From Wallemia ichthyophaga EXF-994 (lineage: Eukaryota > Fungi > Basidiomycota), in the NCBI RefSeq assembly GCF_000400465.1, contig NW_008806274.1, positions 600,244-632,243 on the forward strand: a stretch of 32,000 nt of DNA. The letters run 5' to 3'. Position numbers and translations under genes: made by a program. Below are positions 1 through 9,710 of this stretch, piece after piece (position 1 is the stretch's first letter; each line of letters starts with the position of its first letter). The notes beneath the pieces are model-generated. The model was not told the origin of the DNA. It was given only the letters and a program-made list of their open reading frames with translations, and did not search any database.

Positions 1-1
1 T

Positions 2-853
2 GGTCTTCATTCAGCTCGTGGAAGTGGTACAAATGGATACATACAGCGTAATCTTGCATATATAAAACCACGTGAACAGCAATCAACTTATAAAGAAGAA
101 ATATCAGCAAGGGGTAGATCACCAGATAGATCCATACTCGAACATGATCAAAAGCGTAAGATTGAATTGGAAATTATTCAATTACAAGATGAATTGGAAG
201 ATAAAGGAATTCCTGAGAGTGAAATTGAATCAAAGTGTAGTGAATTACGTCATGAGTTACTCAATAGACCCACACAACCAATAAATACAAAGAATCAATT
301 CAAAGGTCATCAAACACATGCAATCGCTGCTGCTAAAGCTCTCGAAATGCAGCGTATTGATCATGCTTTCAACACAAACACCAATTACAAAGAAGGTGAC
401 GCCTTCGATCGCGATTTACAAGAACGTAAACGTTTAGATAGAGCTGAAAGAAGAGAGCATCATCAAGCTATGCGCATTCAACGTGAAAGAGAAGGTAGAC
501 AGAGTGCTAGAAGTCAGGTTGAGCGTGATTTAGATGAAAGAGAGAGAGACAGGGATGTGGATGTAAGGAGGTCTCCTGGTAGACCTTCTAGAAGGGATTA
601 TCGATACGACGACAGATCCAAATCCCCAGACTATGATGTCAGAAGGTCTCCTGCTTACGATAGCAAACGTAGATCACCTTCTCCAAACGACAGAGGTAGA
701 TCTTTATCACCCTACTCCAAAAGAGCGGCACTCTCACGCAGAAGGTCACTTTCTGACTCAAAATCACCACTCCCGCAATCCCCGCGAAGAAGAAATTTTA
801 CAGGGGATACCAGAGCATCTTTAACCCCTTTGACGCCACACTCTGATGCATAA
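2..853 (+). CDS. CWC21: Pre-mRNA splicing factor Cwc21/SRRM2-like (cwf21 domain plus RS/RD-rich tail); 5' partial, start codon just outside the window
   Basis: Frame 2 is open from base 2 and reads GLHSARGSGTNGYIQRNL...DRSILEHDQKRKIELEIIQLQDELEDKGIPESEIESKCSELR, the conserved Cwc21 N-terminus. It is in frame with the listed 167-853 ORF and followed by an RSP/RS-rich tail. Confidence 0.87.
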   Translation, partial: GLHSARGSGTNGYIQRNLAYIKPREQQSTYKEEISARGRSPDRSILEHDQKRKIELEIIQLQDELEDKGIPESEIESKCSELRHELLNRPTQPINTKNQFKGHQTHAIAAAKALEMQRIDHAFNTNTNYKEGDAFDRDLQERKRLDRAERREHHQAMRIQREREGRQSARSQVERDLDERERDRDVDVRRSPGRPSRRDYRYDDRSKSPDYDVRRSPAYDSKRRSPSPNDRGRSLSPYSKRAALSRRRSLSDSKSPLPQSPRRRNFTGDTRASLTPLTPHSDA

Positions 854-1074
854 TCAAGTTAAGGTTGTATTATAGTTATACATAATTCATTTATCTCAGA
901 ATTATTAAAGAATACACGTTTATAGAGAACTAAGGAGATAGTGACCTTATAGAGATGAAACAAGGAATGAAAAAGGTTGGTTTCGTTATTGAGGATTTAG
1001 TGTGTATTTGCGTGAGTGTGGAGTAAAAACAAAGCGATTACGAGTAACCTCATCAAGCAAGTTAACCCAACATC

Positions 1075-2475
1075 CTAATAGATTGCTCTTTGCGATTGTG
1101 CTTGTGCTTGAGACTGAGCTTGAGCTTGAGCATGCTGCTGCTGCAAGGTTGGTGCTTGCATTGGAAGTGGAGACAACATATTGTTAGATTGGCCTGGATG
1201 ATTCTGTGTCTGAGATGTTTGTTGCGATCCACCTCCATTTCCTCCTTGTGCTTGTGCAACGTTGCATCCTGAATGTTGTGATAAAACATTTCTCAGCACT
1301 CCAATCTCCTCTCTAAGAGCAACTACTGTTTGTTGTAATGCTTCGTTGTCAGTCTGGAGAAATTCAACCTTCTGTTGTAATTGTTGCAGCCATGCCTTCT
1401 TTCTTTGGCGACACTTGAGTGCAGCTTGACGATTCCTTTCTAAGAAGTTCTTACGTTTCTCATCTTCTGTCATCTCAGCTTTGCTTGAATCTGGTATAAG
1501 TCATGTGAGCAGGAAAATATGTCTGACACAAAACTTACTACCACGAGTTGCACTACCAGCTCTAGTGGAAGAAGATGGCATCGCCAACTCATCGTCATCC
1601 TCGAATGCATCATCGTCATCGTCATCTTCTTCTTCTTCTCTCTTGGCTGCATTTGATCTCCTACCCCTACCTCTACCACCACCCCCACCAGATCTTCTCT
1701 TGTTGGAAGTAGCTGGAGAAGGAGCAGAAATTGAGTCCGGCTTTCTCTTCTGGCCGACGTCAGCTTCCGGACTTTCGGCAGAAGACTGATCATGTCTACT
1801 AGCTTGGGAGAGTAAGAAAAGACCATTAGCAGCGTTAGCAGCCGCGTCACCGGAATTTCTCTCATAGCGTTGCTGATTCTGTTGTGGAGGTTCAAGACCT
1901 TCTTGCTTGACTTGAGGTTGATAGTTCCTATAGTTTTGGAAAGCATCAGACTGATGATCAGGGTTAATCGGTCTACCACTGCCATCAAAACTAGCAACTA
2001 CGCCATTAATAGCGTTGACAGTATTAGGAGTTAAAGCAGGTGGTTGAACCATATTCATTCCGAAGAATGCAGCGTTAGGTGACTGAGGCTGGTATTGGCC
2101 GCCTGCAAGCGGCGTTAAACCCGTCTTAATGTTGTTGTTTTGTGCAAATGATGCTTCAAATGGATTTTGATGTTGTTGGGAAGGACCTTGTAACATTGCA
2201 GGTGAGAGTGGACCTGAGCGCAATGATGTTGGAACAGCAGAAGCAGCAGTAGGTGGTAACTGATGCTGAGCTGGGTTCGGAGGTTGTTGTGGCTGCTGCT
2301 GTTCCTGCTGCTGATGCTGTCCAGGTCCACGCTCACTCGCTTGGCTTTGTTGCTGCTTTGTAAGTGTGGAAATTGAAGGCAGTTTTGAATCCTTGTCATC
2401 TGAGGCCCCAAATGACTGGTCGAATGGATTTGGCTCTAAATCTAATTGTGATCTGTCCTCAATTTGTTGTGACAT
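1075..2475 (-). CDS. ATF1: Atf1/AtfA/Sko1-type bZIP transcription factor; 2 exons, intron 1491-1538
   Basis: N-terminal LDLEPNPFDQSF, then LRSGPLSPAMLQGP and TGLTP motifs typical of the Aft1 OSA/HRA/HRR regions. bZIP EKRKNFLERNRQAALKCRQRKKAWL plus leucine zipper. A 48-nt GTAAGT...CCAG intron joins the two ORFs in frame. Confidence 0.88.
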
Positions 2476-2685
2476 AATCGAAAATGCGTAATTTGAAAAA
2501 CTGACGTAGTCGACGTAAGAGATACAAATCCTGCGTCATCGCAAATTTATTTGCTCATCAAAAATTTATATCAATTTAAAAAAAATTACCTTCAGGCGTC
2601 TTTTTATCAGATTCTACATTGTGCAATTAGTATTTTCTCCTTTTTTAGGTCCTTTTGACAGCTTTTCGACGATATACATCCACTC

Positions 2686-3835
2686 CTAAACGCCCGGTCG
2701 CAGAAGTGACAAAGGATTGTTCACAGCTGCTCCTATCTGATAAACCTCGCTTTTGTTCTGATGCAGCATTATAGCTGGCACGACCTATTTATATTTGATG
2801 CAGCTTAATAATGCGAAATTTTGCACTTGGTTTCACTTACATATTCATTAAGGCTTGAATCTTTAACTCCTGTCCAATCATAAGTCCCTACTTTATTTTT
2901 GCATTTGTCGTTTGGGCAGTAGAGCTTCCCTGATACTTCTCCGCCGACTAAATTCATCCATTCGAGCTAAAGTGTTTATCAGATGAGCTTCAATAACTTT
3001 TGAATACGCACGGATTCGACATAAAAGGGCGATGAAGGTATGTACATCACAATGTCGTCATAACCAGCCAGCTTCATTCTGTGATGACATAGTGTGAGAT
3101 AGGGCGAAACCAAACGACGCATCATACACACCTGCACTGCTTACACCTAACCGCTGTTGTTCTGCTTATTTTTTTCTGCTGCTTCTGCTGATAAAGATGC
3201 AACAGGCCCTCTTTATTGTCGATATCAGAACGAGTACCGTGACCATCCCCGGCGATACTCTTGGCTTTTTGCAGTAGTCTATACCGTCTCACTAGAGGAT
3301 TGCTATCTGATACGGACCATCCCGCCAACTGGAATATTTTGAGTTGATGCTTGAAATTCGGATTTGGACTGTCGAGATTATGAGAAGAGTGCTTCAATAC
3401 ATCACACTAAACATACTCAGCTATAGGTCTGCATCTGCGCACTCTAACCAAAGCATCTTCCAGACTGAGACTGTATTTCCGCATCAAGTGAGCAGTTGCA
3501 ACTGTCGCAGATCTGCTAACGCCTGCATGGCAAAGAAGGAGCGTTGGTGAGTTGCTGTTGATACCTTGATCGATCCAGTCGAGAGTTCGCGGAAGTAACT
3601 CAAGTATGTCCTCGTTCTCATCGTCATGTATGTCCAAGTGGAGAGTGTCTATATGTGGCTGTAAAGCATAAGCGTGCATTTCTCACAATCCATATCCACA
3701 CACAGCTAGCTCAGGTAGAGGACCGTTGATAGCGACAACTGCCCGGCGTATTCCAGCGTCTTCCAACAACTTCTTATCAGCCTCTTGAATAGCAGACAGC
3801 GGGCTTATAAAAATTAAATGATCAATCTTGTCCAT
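2686..3835 (-). CDS. YVH1: Yvh1/DUSP12-type dual-specificity phosphatase with C-terminal Zn-binding domain (late 60S maturation); about 6 exons
   Basis: Manual splice: MDKIDHLIFISP...LCHAGVSRS (CX5R)...PNPNFKHQL...RCKQCRMKLA...YVESLEWM...GKLYCPNDKCKNKVGTYDWTG...VVPAIMLHQNK. All junctions are GT-AG and in frame. Confidence 0.87.
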
Positions 3836-3920
3836 TTCTCTGTATACTTAAATATTTCAGCCTTCTCTCTCGTTCTACTGACGGTGGCTGACGGAATACA
3901 ACGATAACCGATAACTGTAA

Positions 3921-4527
3921 ATGGGTGAAGGACGAGCACTTGTCGTCGGATCTGAGCCAATCTCTCCTCCATTTCCACTTAGAATGCAAGGATATGTTCA
4001 AAGAGGCTTCGGAAGGGGAAGTAAAGACCTTGGAATACCAACAGGTGGGTTTTGTGTTCTGAGCGTACTCGCAGCCCATTCAAATGCTCTCACCCAGCCA
4101 ATCTCCCTGAAGAGAGTTACAACGAGAGCTTCAAGCTTCTCGATGCAGCCAAGAACACTGGTGTCTACTACGGTTGGGCAAAGGTAGACGGCGTGGAGAA
4201 TGCTCAAGTACATCCGATGGCCATGTCCGTTGGATGGAATCCTTACTACAAGAATGAGAAGCTCACAGCGGTGAGTGTGGTGATTAGTAAGACAGAAATG
4301 TTCTGAGTCCGCTACTCCCTCAGGAAGTTCACATTATGCATAACTACGATATGGATTTTTACGGCAAAAATATGCGCGTAATAGTCACCGGATACGTCAG
4401 ACCAGAATTGGATTACTCGACTCTCGAAGCCCTGATTGAGGACATAGAGTTTGACAAAAAAGTAGCAATACATTCATTAGACAGACAATCATATAAGTTA
4501 TTGAAGAGTGATAGTTTCTTCAATTGA
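3921..4527 (+). CDS. FMN1: Riboflavin kinase; introns 4045-4097 and 4271-4323
   Basis: GFGRGSKDLGIPTAN, GVYYGWA, SVGWNPYY, EVHIM, GYVRPELDY motifs; in-frame splicing. Confidence 0.95.
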
Positions 4528-4540
4528 ATAATCAAGAAAG

Positions 4541-5692
4541 TTATCCCAACAAATCCCGCATCATTTCAATCTCAGCAGCACTTAATCCAAGTTGGGCGTA
4601 TGTTCCCTGATGTACTTGTTCAGATCTCTCTAACTCACTGAAGCAGTCCCTCAGTCTAGATTTCACGCTTGGTGTCATATATCCTCTTTCACCCTCTTTT
4701 CTCTTTGATGATTGCTGCGTGAGTGTTATGACGACCCTCAATGCCTTTTCTTGTAGATCGCTATCGGTTGATTGATTTGGTGGAAGCAGTGAGAGGATAG
4801 CATCAAGCAAGTTGTGCTTGTAGAGTGCTTCACTCACCATACCCTCCGTGCTTGGTGTGCGTGGTGCTCTGTCGCCTGGAAATTGGCTCTCATGGCGTAT
4901 AGCAACACCAGTAGCTGTACTTGTTGGTGCTGCAACTGGTTTCATTGTAATATCATCCGAAAGCAGCAGCGTATTGATCAAAAAGGTCACTTTGCGCTGT
5001 AAGTTGAGATTGTTGTTGTCTGCGATTCTAGTTAGTGGTATACAAGACGCACAACTGCCTTACACACCTTGTAAAGCTTTACCAAGTGCTGTCCATCCAC
5101 CTACACTAGTGAATTTATGTACAGCGACGGGGTTGTGTTTGAGAAGACCCGAAATGTTAAGTAGTGCTTTATTCTGTAATGTCTTGTTGGATGATTCGAG
5201 GTAACTGATGAAAAGGGGCAGTGGATCCATCTCAAAGAAGGTATCTTGAGTCTCGTAGTCATTGTTGATAGCTGCACCTGTACAAGCAGCAGTTGCAACT
5301 TTAATTTCATCCTCACCGTGCTTGAGGAGTGAGTAAATGGGTTCCCATAAACCGATGTTCTTCATGTTCTTTGCATTGTCTACTTGCTCAACAAGCATTT
5401 CAAAGTTATCGAGTGCAATTAACTTGTTATCAAGGGTGGCTTCCTCGTTAGTGGCGACAATCATAGCTTCCTTCATCATTTCTGCATCAGATTTACCGAG
5501 CTATTGAACAATACGTTAGTGGCATATTAGAGATGTTAATCTGCTACCCACAATCTTATCAAGCACCGCTGGATCGTACTTCTGACCTGGCCCTGATTCG
5601 TGCTTAGCAGTTTCAGCCATCTTCTTAAGATCCTCTGCATCTCCATCGTTTTTAACAGAATGCTGTAATCCCCATTGTAAAAGTTGTTCCAT
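4541..5692 (-). CDS. FES1: Hsp70 nucleotide exchange factor Fes1/HspBP1; introns 5501-5551 and 5020-5067
   Basis: MEQLLQWGLQHS start, LGKSDAEMMKEAM, ALDNFEMLVEQVDNAKNM..IGLW, KALLNISGLLKHN, QRKVTFLINTL armadillo-type motifs. Confidence 0.9.
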
Positions 5693-5764
5693 TGCCTGAT
5701 TTCAAGCCTTGATGGTTTGTGATATCACTAATGCACAAATAAGCCAAAGCATTTTCATCCAAGT

Positions 5765-5789
5765 CGAATATTCGTGAACATTACAGAAG
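5765..5789. promoter_or_regulatory. Heat shock element (HSE) upstream of FES1
   Basis: cGAAtaTTCgtGAAcaTTAcaGAAg: three perfect alternating nGAAn units, then one mismatched and one perfect unit in register, about 73 nt upstream of the FES1 ATG. FES1 is a known Hsf1 target in yeast. Confidence 0.72.
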
Positions 5790-5933
5790 GCGCGTCACAA
5801 TATTAAATCAACAACATCTAAATACAATCGTCAATGAATATCATGCAACTTTTCTTAATCTGAGAAAAAAAAATATTAAGTTGAGTGTCTGATGAAGATT
5901 TTCGCAAGTGAACACGATTGAGTAAACGACAAT

Positions 5934-6668
5934 CTAAGAGTACTGATCAATGATAGTATCTCTCAAGTCATTCACAACAGCTGTAGATTCTTGACCTTGT
6001 AACTTGAAGATGGCCTCGATAACAGAAATTTCCGTCGATGTGGTGTCTTGGCCCGTAAAGGCTATCCAGTCATTTACGACCAAGCCAGCACCTAATACGT
6101 CACTACCTCTGTTTATGGTACCAGCAGCGAGTGGAACCTGCAACAAAGAAGACAATTCATCCTGGTCTTGTATAGAAGTTTTTGGATGAACGAGACCACC
6201 TTGATTTGACAAAGAGCAGTAGCTTCCGACTAATACATTCTCTGCTACCGTTTGTCTAAAAACTTCAACCTTCAAAACGTCTGCGATTATTTCTTCAGTC
6301 TCACTATCGATATCTGGGTGCACGAGAGCAACGTAATCGTTACAGGCTATAACATTGCCTAGGGCTGAAAGTCTCTCTTCGACTCTCTGTATCTGTACAG
6401 AGTCTGGCAATGAGTTTCTAAGATGCTGGAGTTCTTGATCTGTAGTAGTGGATGGAACGAGCAAGCCATTCTTATTACCTGCAGTGAGTCTACCAATGAT
6501 TCTTGTACCTGCAATTGAAGTATGTACCACTGGAATTACATCCCCCAATTCTGCTTCGAAAGACGAGTAAAAGTTTGTTGAACCGAGTGCAGTCAAGCAG
6601 TAGCTGTTTGTCAATTTGGAAAATACGCCAATATCTGAACTATTCTCAAATGCCGTTCTAACTGCCAT
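5934..6668 (-). CDS. TIF6: Eukaryotic translation initiation factor 6 (60S anti-association factor), intronless
   Basis: [25 protein letters not shown]...[21 protein letters not shown]...[19 protein letters not shown], a near-canonical eIF6. Confidence 0.98.
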   Translation of the reverse strand: MAVRTAFENSSDIGVFSKLTNSYCLTALGSTNFYSSFEAELGDVIPVVHTSIAGTRIIGRLTAGNKNGLLVPSTTTDQELQHLRNSLPDSVQIQRVEERLSALGNVIACNDYVALVHPDIDSETEEIIADVLKVEVFRQTVAENVLVGSYCSLSNQGGLVHPKTSIQDQDELSSLLQVPLAAGTINRGSDVLGAGLVVNDWIAFTGQDTTSTEISVIEAIFKLQGQESTAVVNDLRDTIIDQYS

Positions 6669-6730
6669 TTTTGATCTTGGCTGTGTTGAATCTTCTCTCT
6701 CTTCAACGTTATCTATAAATTTAATATAAA

Positions 6731-7105
6731 ATGGATTTCTCGAGGTTTAGCGGGTGGGTGTGGTGGCTATACAGATGGTAATTTGGCTTATGTCTTCTCC
6801 GCATCAGTCCAGAACGGCTGCAGTTGAATGTATGCTTGAGTTTCATACACGTGCATAACTAACACCATCCAAAGCAATACATTCAGAAGAAGGAAATGAA
6901 GGACTTTATGCAGCTTTACTCCAACTTAGTTCAGAGGTGCTTCGAGGATTGTTCAAACGACTTCACTTCTAGGGCTCTATCAACTAATGAGAAAACATGT
7001 TCTGAGAACTGCGTAGGGAAATTCCTCAAGCATTCAGAAAGAATCGGTGCCAGATTCGCTGAACAGAACGCAGAGATGATGGAACAGCAGGCGAAACTTC
7101 GATAG
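6731..7105 (+). CDS. TIM9: Mitochondrial intermembrane-space small Tim chaperone Tim9; introns 6754-6807 and 6830-6874, with a 22-nt internal exon
   Basis: Spliced product [41 protein letters not shown]...[24 protein letters not shown] with twin CX3C motifs. Confidence 0.93.
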
Positions 7106-7324
7106 AATGATATGTACGATAATAGATAGTTTTGATAGTTGATATAATTGATTAAGATATGTAAGCATCGTATCTGTCCTGATATACAGTCATCTAGAGA
7201 TATCAAGTCCATAAGAATGCAACTTAAGTCTTGGCCTTATTCGACGCGCAACAAAGTCCATTATGAGGAATAGAAGCGTTTGCTGATATAGGCCGTGGTG
7301 TGTGCTCACAACAAGCTAGAAAAT

Positions 7325-7844
7325 TCAAGCAGATATCATCAATTCAAGCTTATTACGCAATTGGGTATCGTCCATGCTATCCTTGAATGGATTCGCGAGG
7401 TATGCGGTGTAAATCGCGTGTATAGCTCTAAAAATCTGTATAAATTGCTTTGTGAGACACATAGACCATCAAATGACACCAAACTGACAACATATACATC
7501 CTCATCTTCAGCTGGTTGATTGAGAATGAGTATTATCATCGTATTCGTCGCTGATTGATATGCATATCTACCAAAGACCATATCAGCGCATAGAAAATCG
7601 CAAGACGATCAAACTAACGTGAAATTACTATCAATGGACTTGATTAAACCTAAATATGCAGAAGGATGCGTATCATCTGTCAAGACAGAATGAGATCTAC
7701 ATCCCTCATCACTCAAGCGTATAACGTACTAAATTGATGTAAATAATCTAAGCCTGATTGAATTTGGTGTATATAATCGTTGTTTAGTATAAATTTATCA
7801 TTTTTGTTCAAAATTCCAAGGCTCGAGATGATGGACGTTTTCAT
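7325..7844 (-). CDS. TRAPPC2L: TRAPP complex subunit TRAPPC2L/Tca17 (sedlin family); introns 7677-7729, 7568-7618, 7436-7488
   Basis: Spliced product MKTSIISSLGILNKNDKFIL...SGLDYL...AYLGLIKSIDSNFTYAYQSATNTMIILIL...VIFRAIHAIYTAYLANPF. The YLGL, YxY-x-T-N-x-K and LH-xx-Y-xxx-NPF-like motifs match the family. Three 51-53 nt introns keep the frame. Confidence 0.77.
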
Positions 7845-8832
7845 TAAAGCGACGATGGTCCCTAATTCTGTAATTGCGGGAGCTGCCGCCTTCATCTCCG
7901 TACCACTCCTAGCAGCGCCTAAGAGCACCCCTTCTAGGATTTTGAAGCTTGTTTTACACACTTCAATCTATACCACAGGTCTCGCTTTCAACTCGCTCGT
8001 AGGTGTCGTATCCGGGTTAGCAGCATTGGTCGGTGGTGATAGGTATAGACAGCAGATATCGTGGCTAGTTGCTAGGTCGTTTTATTACACTGTAACACCG
8101 CTAGTTGGTTGGAAATTTAACGTCATCGGTGAGGAGAAATTTGAGCCATTCACGAACCCGGACGATTCAAAGAGACAGTCCTCGATTATGGTATCCAATC
8201 ACCAAACCGCACTTGATATCCTGTTCCTTGGAAGAATTTTCCCCAAATTCACAACCATGATGGCAAAACAGGAGATCAAGAAGATTCCTCTGTTGGGCTG
8301 GTGGATGGTTCTATCAAAGGCTGTATTCATCAACAGGAAAGATCGCAAGGATGCTATCACGGCGTTCAACAGAATAGGCAATGAAATTAAGGATAGAGGT
8401 ATTTCAGTATGGATTTTCCCAGAAGGCACACGCTGTACAACCCCATCGCCTTCTTTATTACCTTTCAAGAAAGGCGCTTTCCACTTGGCCATTCAAGCTC
8501 AGATCCCTATTCTACCAGTTTTATGCGAAAATTATTATCATCTAGCAAATTACAATGGTGATGCGAATACTGGTGGATCACGATTTGAGAGAGGTCAAGT
8601 GCAAATCAAGGTGCTTGATCCTATTCCAACAACGGGTCTCACATCTGATGACGTACAAACGCTCATCGACTATACCTATGAGTATATGCTCTATCACTTG
8701 AAGCTGTTATCTTCTACATCTTGCTCACTCGGGAAGCCTCTCCCCCCACCGCCTTCGCCTTTCAACAAGCCATTGCCAACGAAATCCACCAGAACGGATG
8801 ACGAGGATGTCGTTTTGGTTGAGAAGAGTTAG
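7828..8832 (+). CDS. SLC1: 1-acyl-sn-glycerol-3-phosphate acyltransferase (LPAAT), intronless; start at ATG 7828, 7831 or 7855
   Basis: Acyltransferase motifs NHQTALD, AVFINR, FPEGTR, PFKKGAFHLA; N-terminal hydrophobic segments. Confidence 0.9.
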   Translation: MMDVFIKATMVPNSVIAGAAAFISVPLLAAPKSTPSRILKLVLHTSIYTTGLAFNSLVGVVSGLAALVGGDRYRQQISWLVARSFYYTVTPLVGWKFNVIGEEKFEPFTNPDDSKRQSSIMVSNHQTALDILFLGRIFPKFTTMMAKQEIKKIPLLGWWMVLSKAVFINRKDRKDAITAFNRIGNEIKDRGISVWIFPEGTRCTTPSPSLLPFKKGAFHLAIQAQIPILPVLCENYYHLANYNGDANTGGSRFERGQVQIKVLDPIPTTGLTSDDVQTLIDYTYEYMLYHLKLLSSTSCSLGKPLPPPPSPFNKPLPTKSTRTDDEDVVLVEKS

Positions 8833-8919
8833 TTGTTTAGTCGTTGACTTGATTTAGATTTATACGATTTTCAATGTGCAGTTTGTAGTAGTTATAGAGT
8901 ATGTATACCGATGGTGAAA

Positions 8920-9528
8920 TTACAATGACACAGAAACTCCACATCCACATCCAGAGCCTTGTGCTTGAGGGTTGTCGAGCACCTTGAAGGAAGAACCGAT
9001 AAGTTCGGTTGAGAAGTCAAGCGTTGAGCCGCGCAGAAGTTGGAATGAAACGGCATCAACCAATACGCCCGGACCATCTGGATCGTCCGTAACGCTGAAT
9101 CTATAATCATCCTTCTCTGCGCTCTCGACGTGACTATCCACCAAATCCAATTTGTACTGGTAACCGTGGCAACCACCGCTTTCGATGGCCACTCTTAACG
9201 CCAAAGTTTTATTCCCTTCCTTATCGGATATTCGCTTCAATTGCTATAACATGATTGGATGAGCGGGGTGTACTCTTCAACACAAACGGCAACTCACATC
9301 GCTAGCTGAATCTGTTATCGTCAACTTCATATGATCAACAGGAAGTACTTCTACATCGAGTCCATCGTCCTTCTCTGCTTGGATGTACTTGGGATCTGGA
9401 TACGCCACCAAAGTGGATGCAAGCCGTGTTGAAGGGATTTTAGGGGTATTTGAGATAATCGGCGCACGTAATTGAGGTCTAAAGCTCCTTGCTAGTTTTT
9501 GTACACATTTCAATCGCGCTGAGAACAT
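8920..9528 (-). CDS. ISA2: Mitochondrial iron-sulfur cluster assembly protein Isa2 (A-type carrier); one intron between the 9277-9564 and 8920-9240 ORFs
   Basis: Arg/Ser-rich presequence from ATG 9528, then LRVAIESGGCHGYQY, VDAVS..LL.GSTLDFSTELIGSSF, CGCG. SGGCHG is Isa2-type. Confidence 0.88.
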
Positions 9529-9710
9529 GACCGTTATGATAAAGATTACGTAAGGTGAGCACATTGATTTTATTTATAAAGAAAACAATTTGATTTATCA
9601 GGCTTTAAGATGTTTTATACTCAATATTAAATTCATCGATGGCTTTTGGATTCTCGTTTATATGCTAAATGAGAATCTTCACCATACACATAATTTTTGA
9701 AACACTAGAA

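Noticed and set aside
2532-2570. PAC-like (CTCATC/TCATCGC) and RRPE-like (AAAAATTT) motifs
   Set aside because: These elements are characterised in Ascomycota ribosome-biogenesis promoters; here they sit upstream of ATF1, are imperfect, and are common in AT-rich DNA.
2686-6668. YVH1 and TIF6, both late 60S maturation factors, about 2 kb apart as a functional cluster
   Set aside because: Separated by unrelated FMN1 and FES1, no shared motif seen, and ribosome-biogenesis genes are numerous enough for chance proximity.
8845-8950. ISA2 ends CGCGVSVSL rather than CGCGxS(F/W); possible missed terminal exon
   Set aside because: No AG acceptor at a normal intron distance and no better C-terminus downstream; all three Cys ligands are present, so treated as ordinary divergence.
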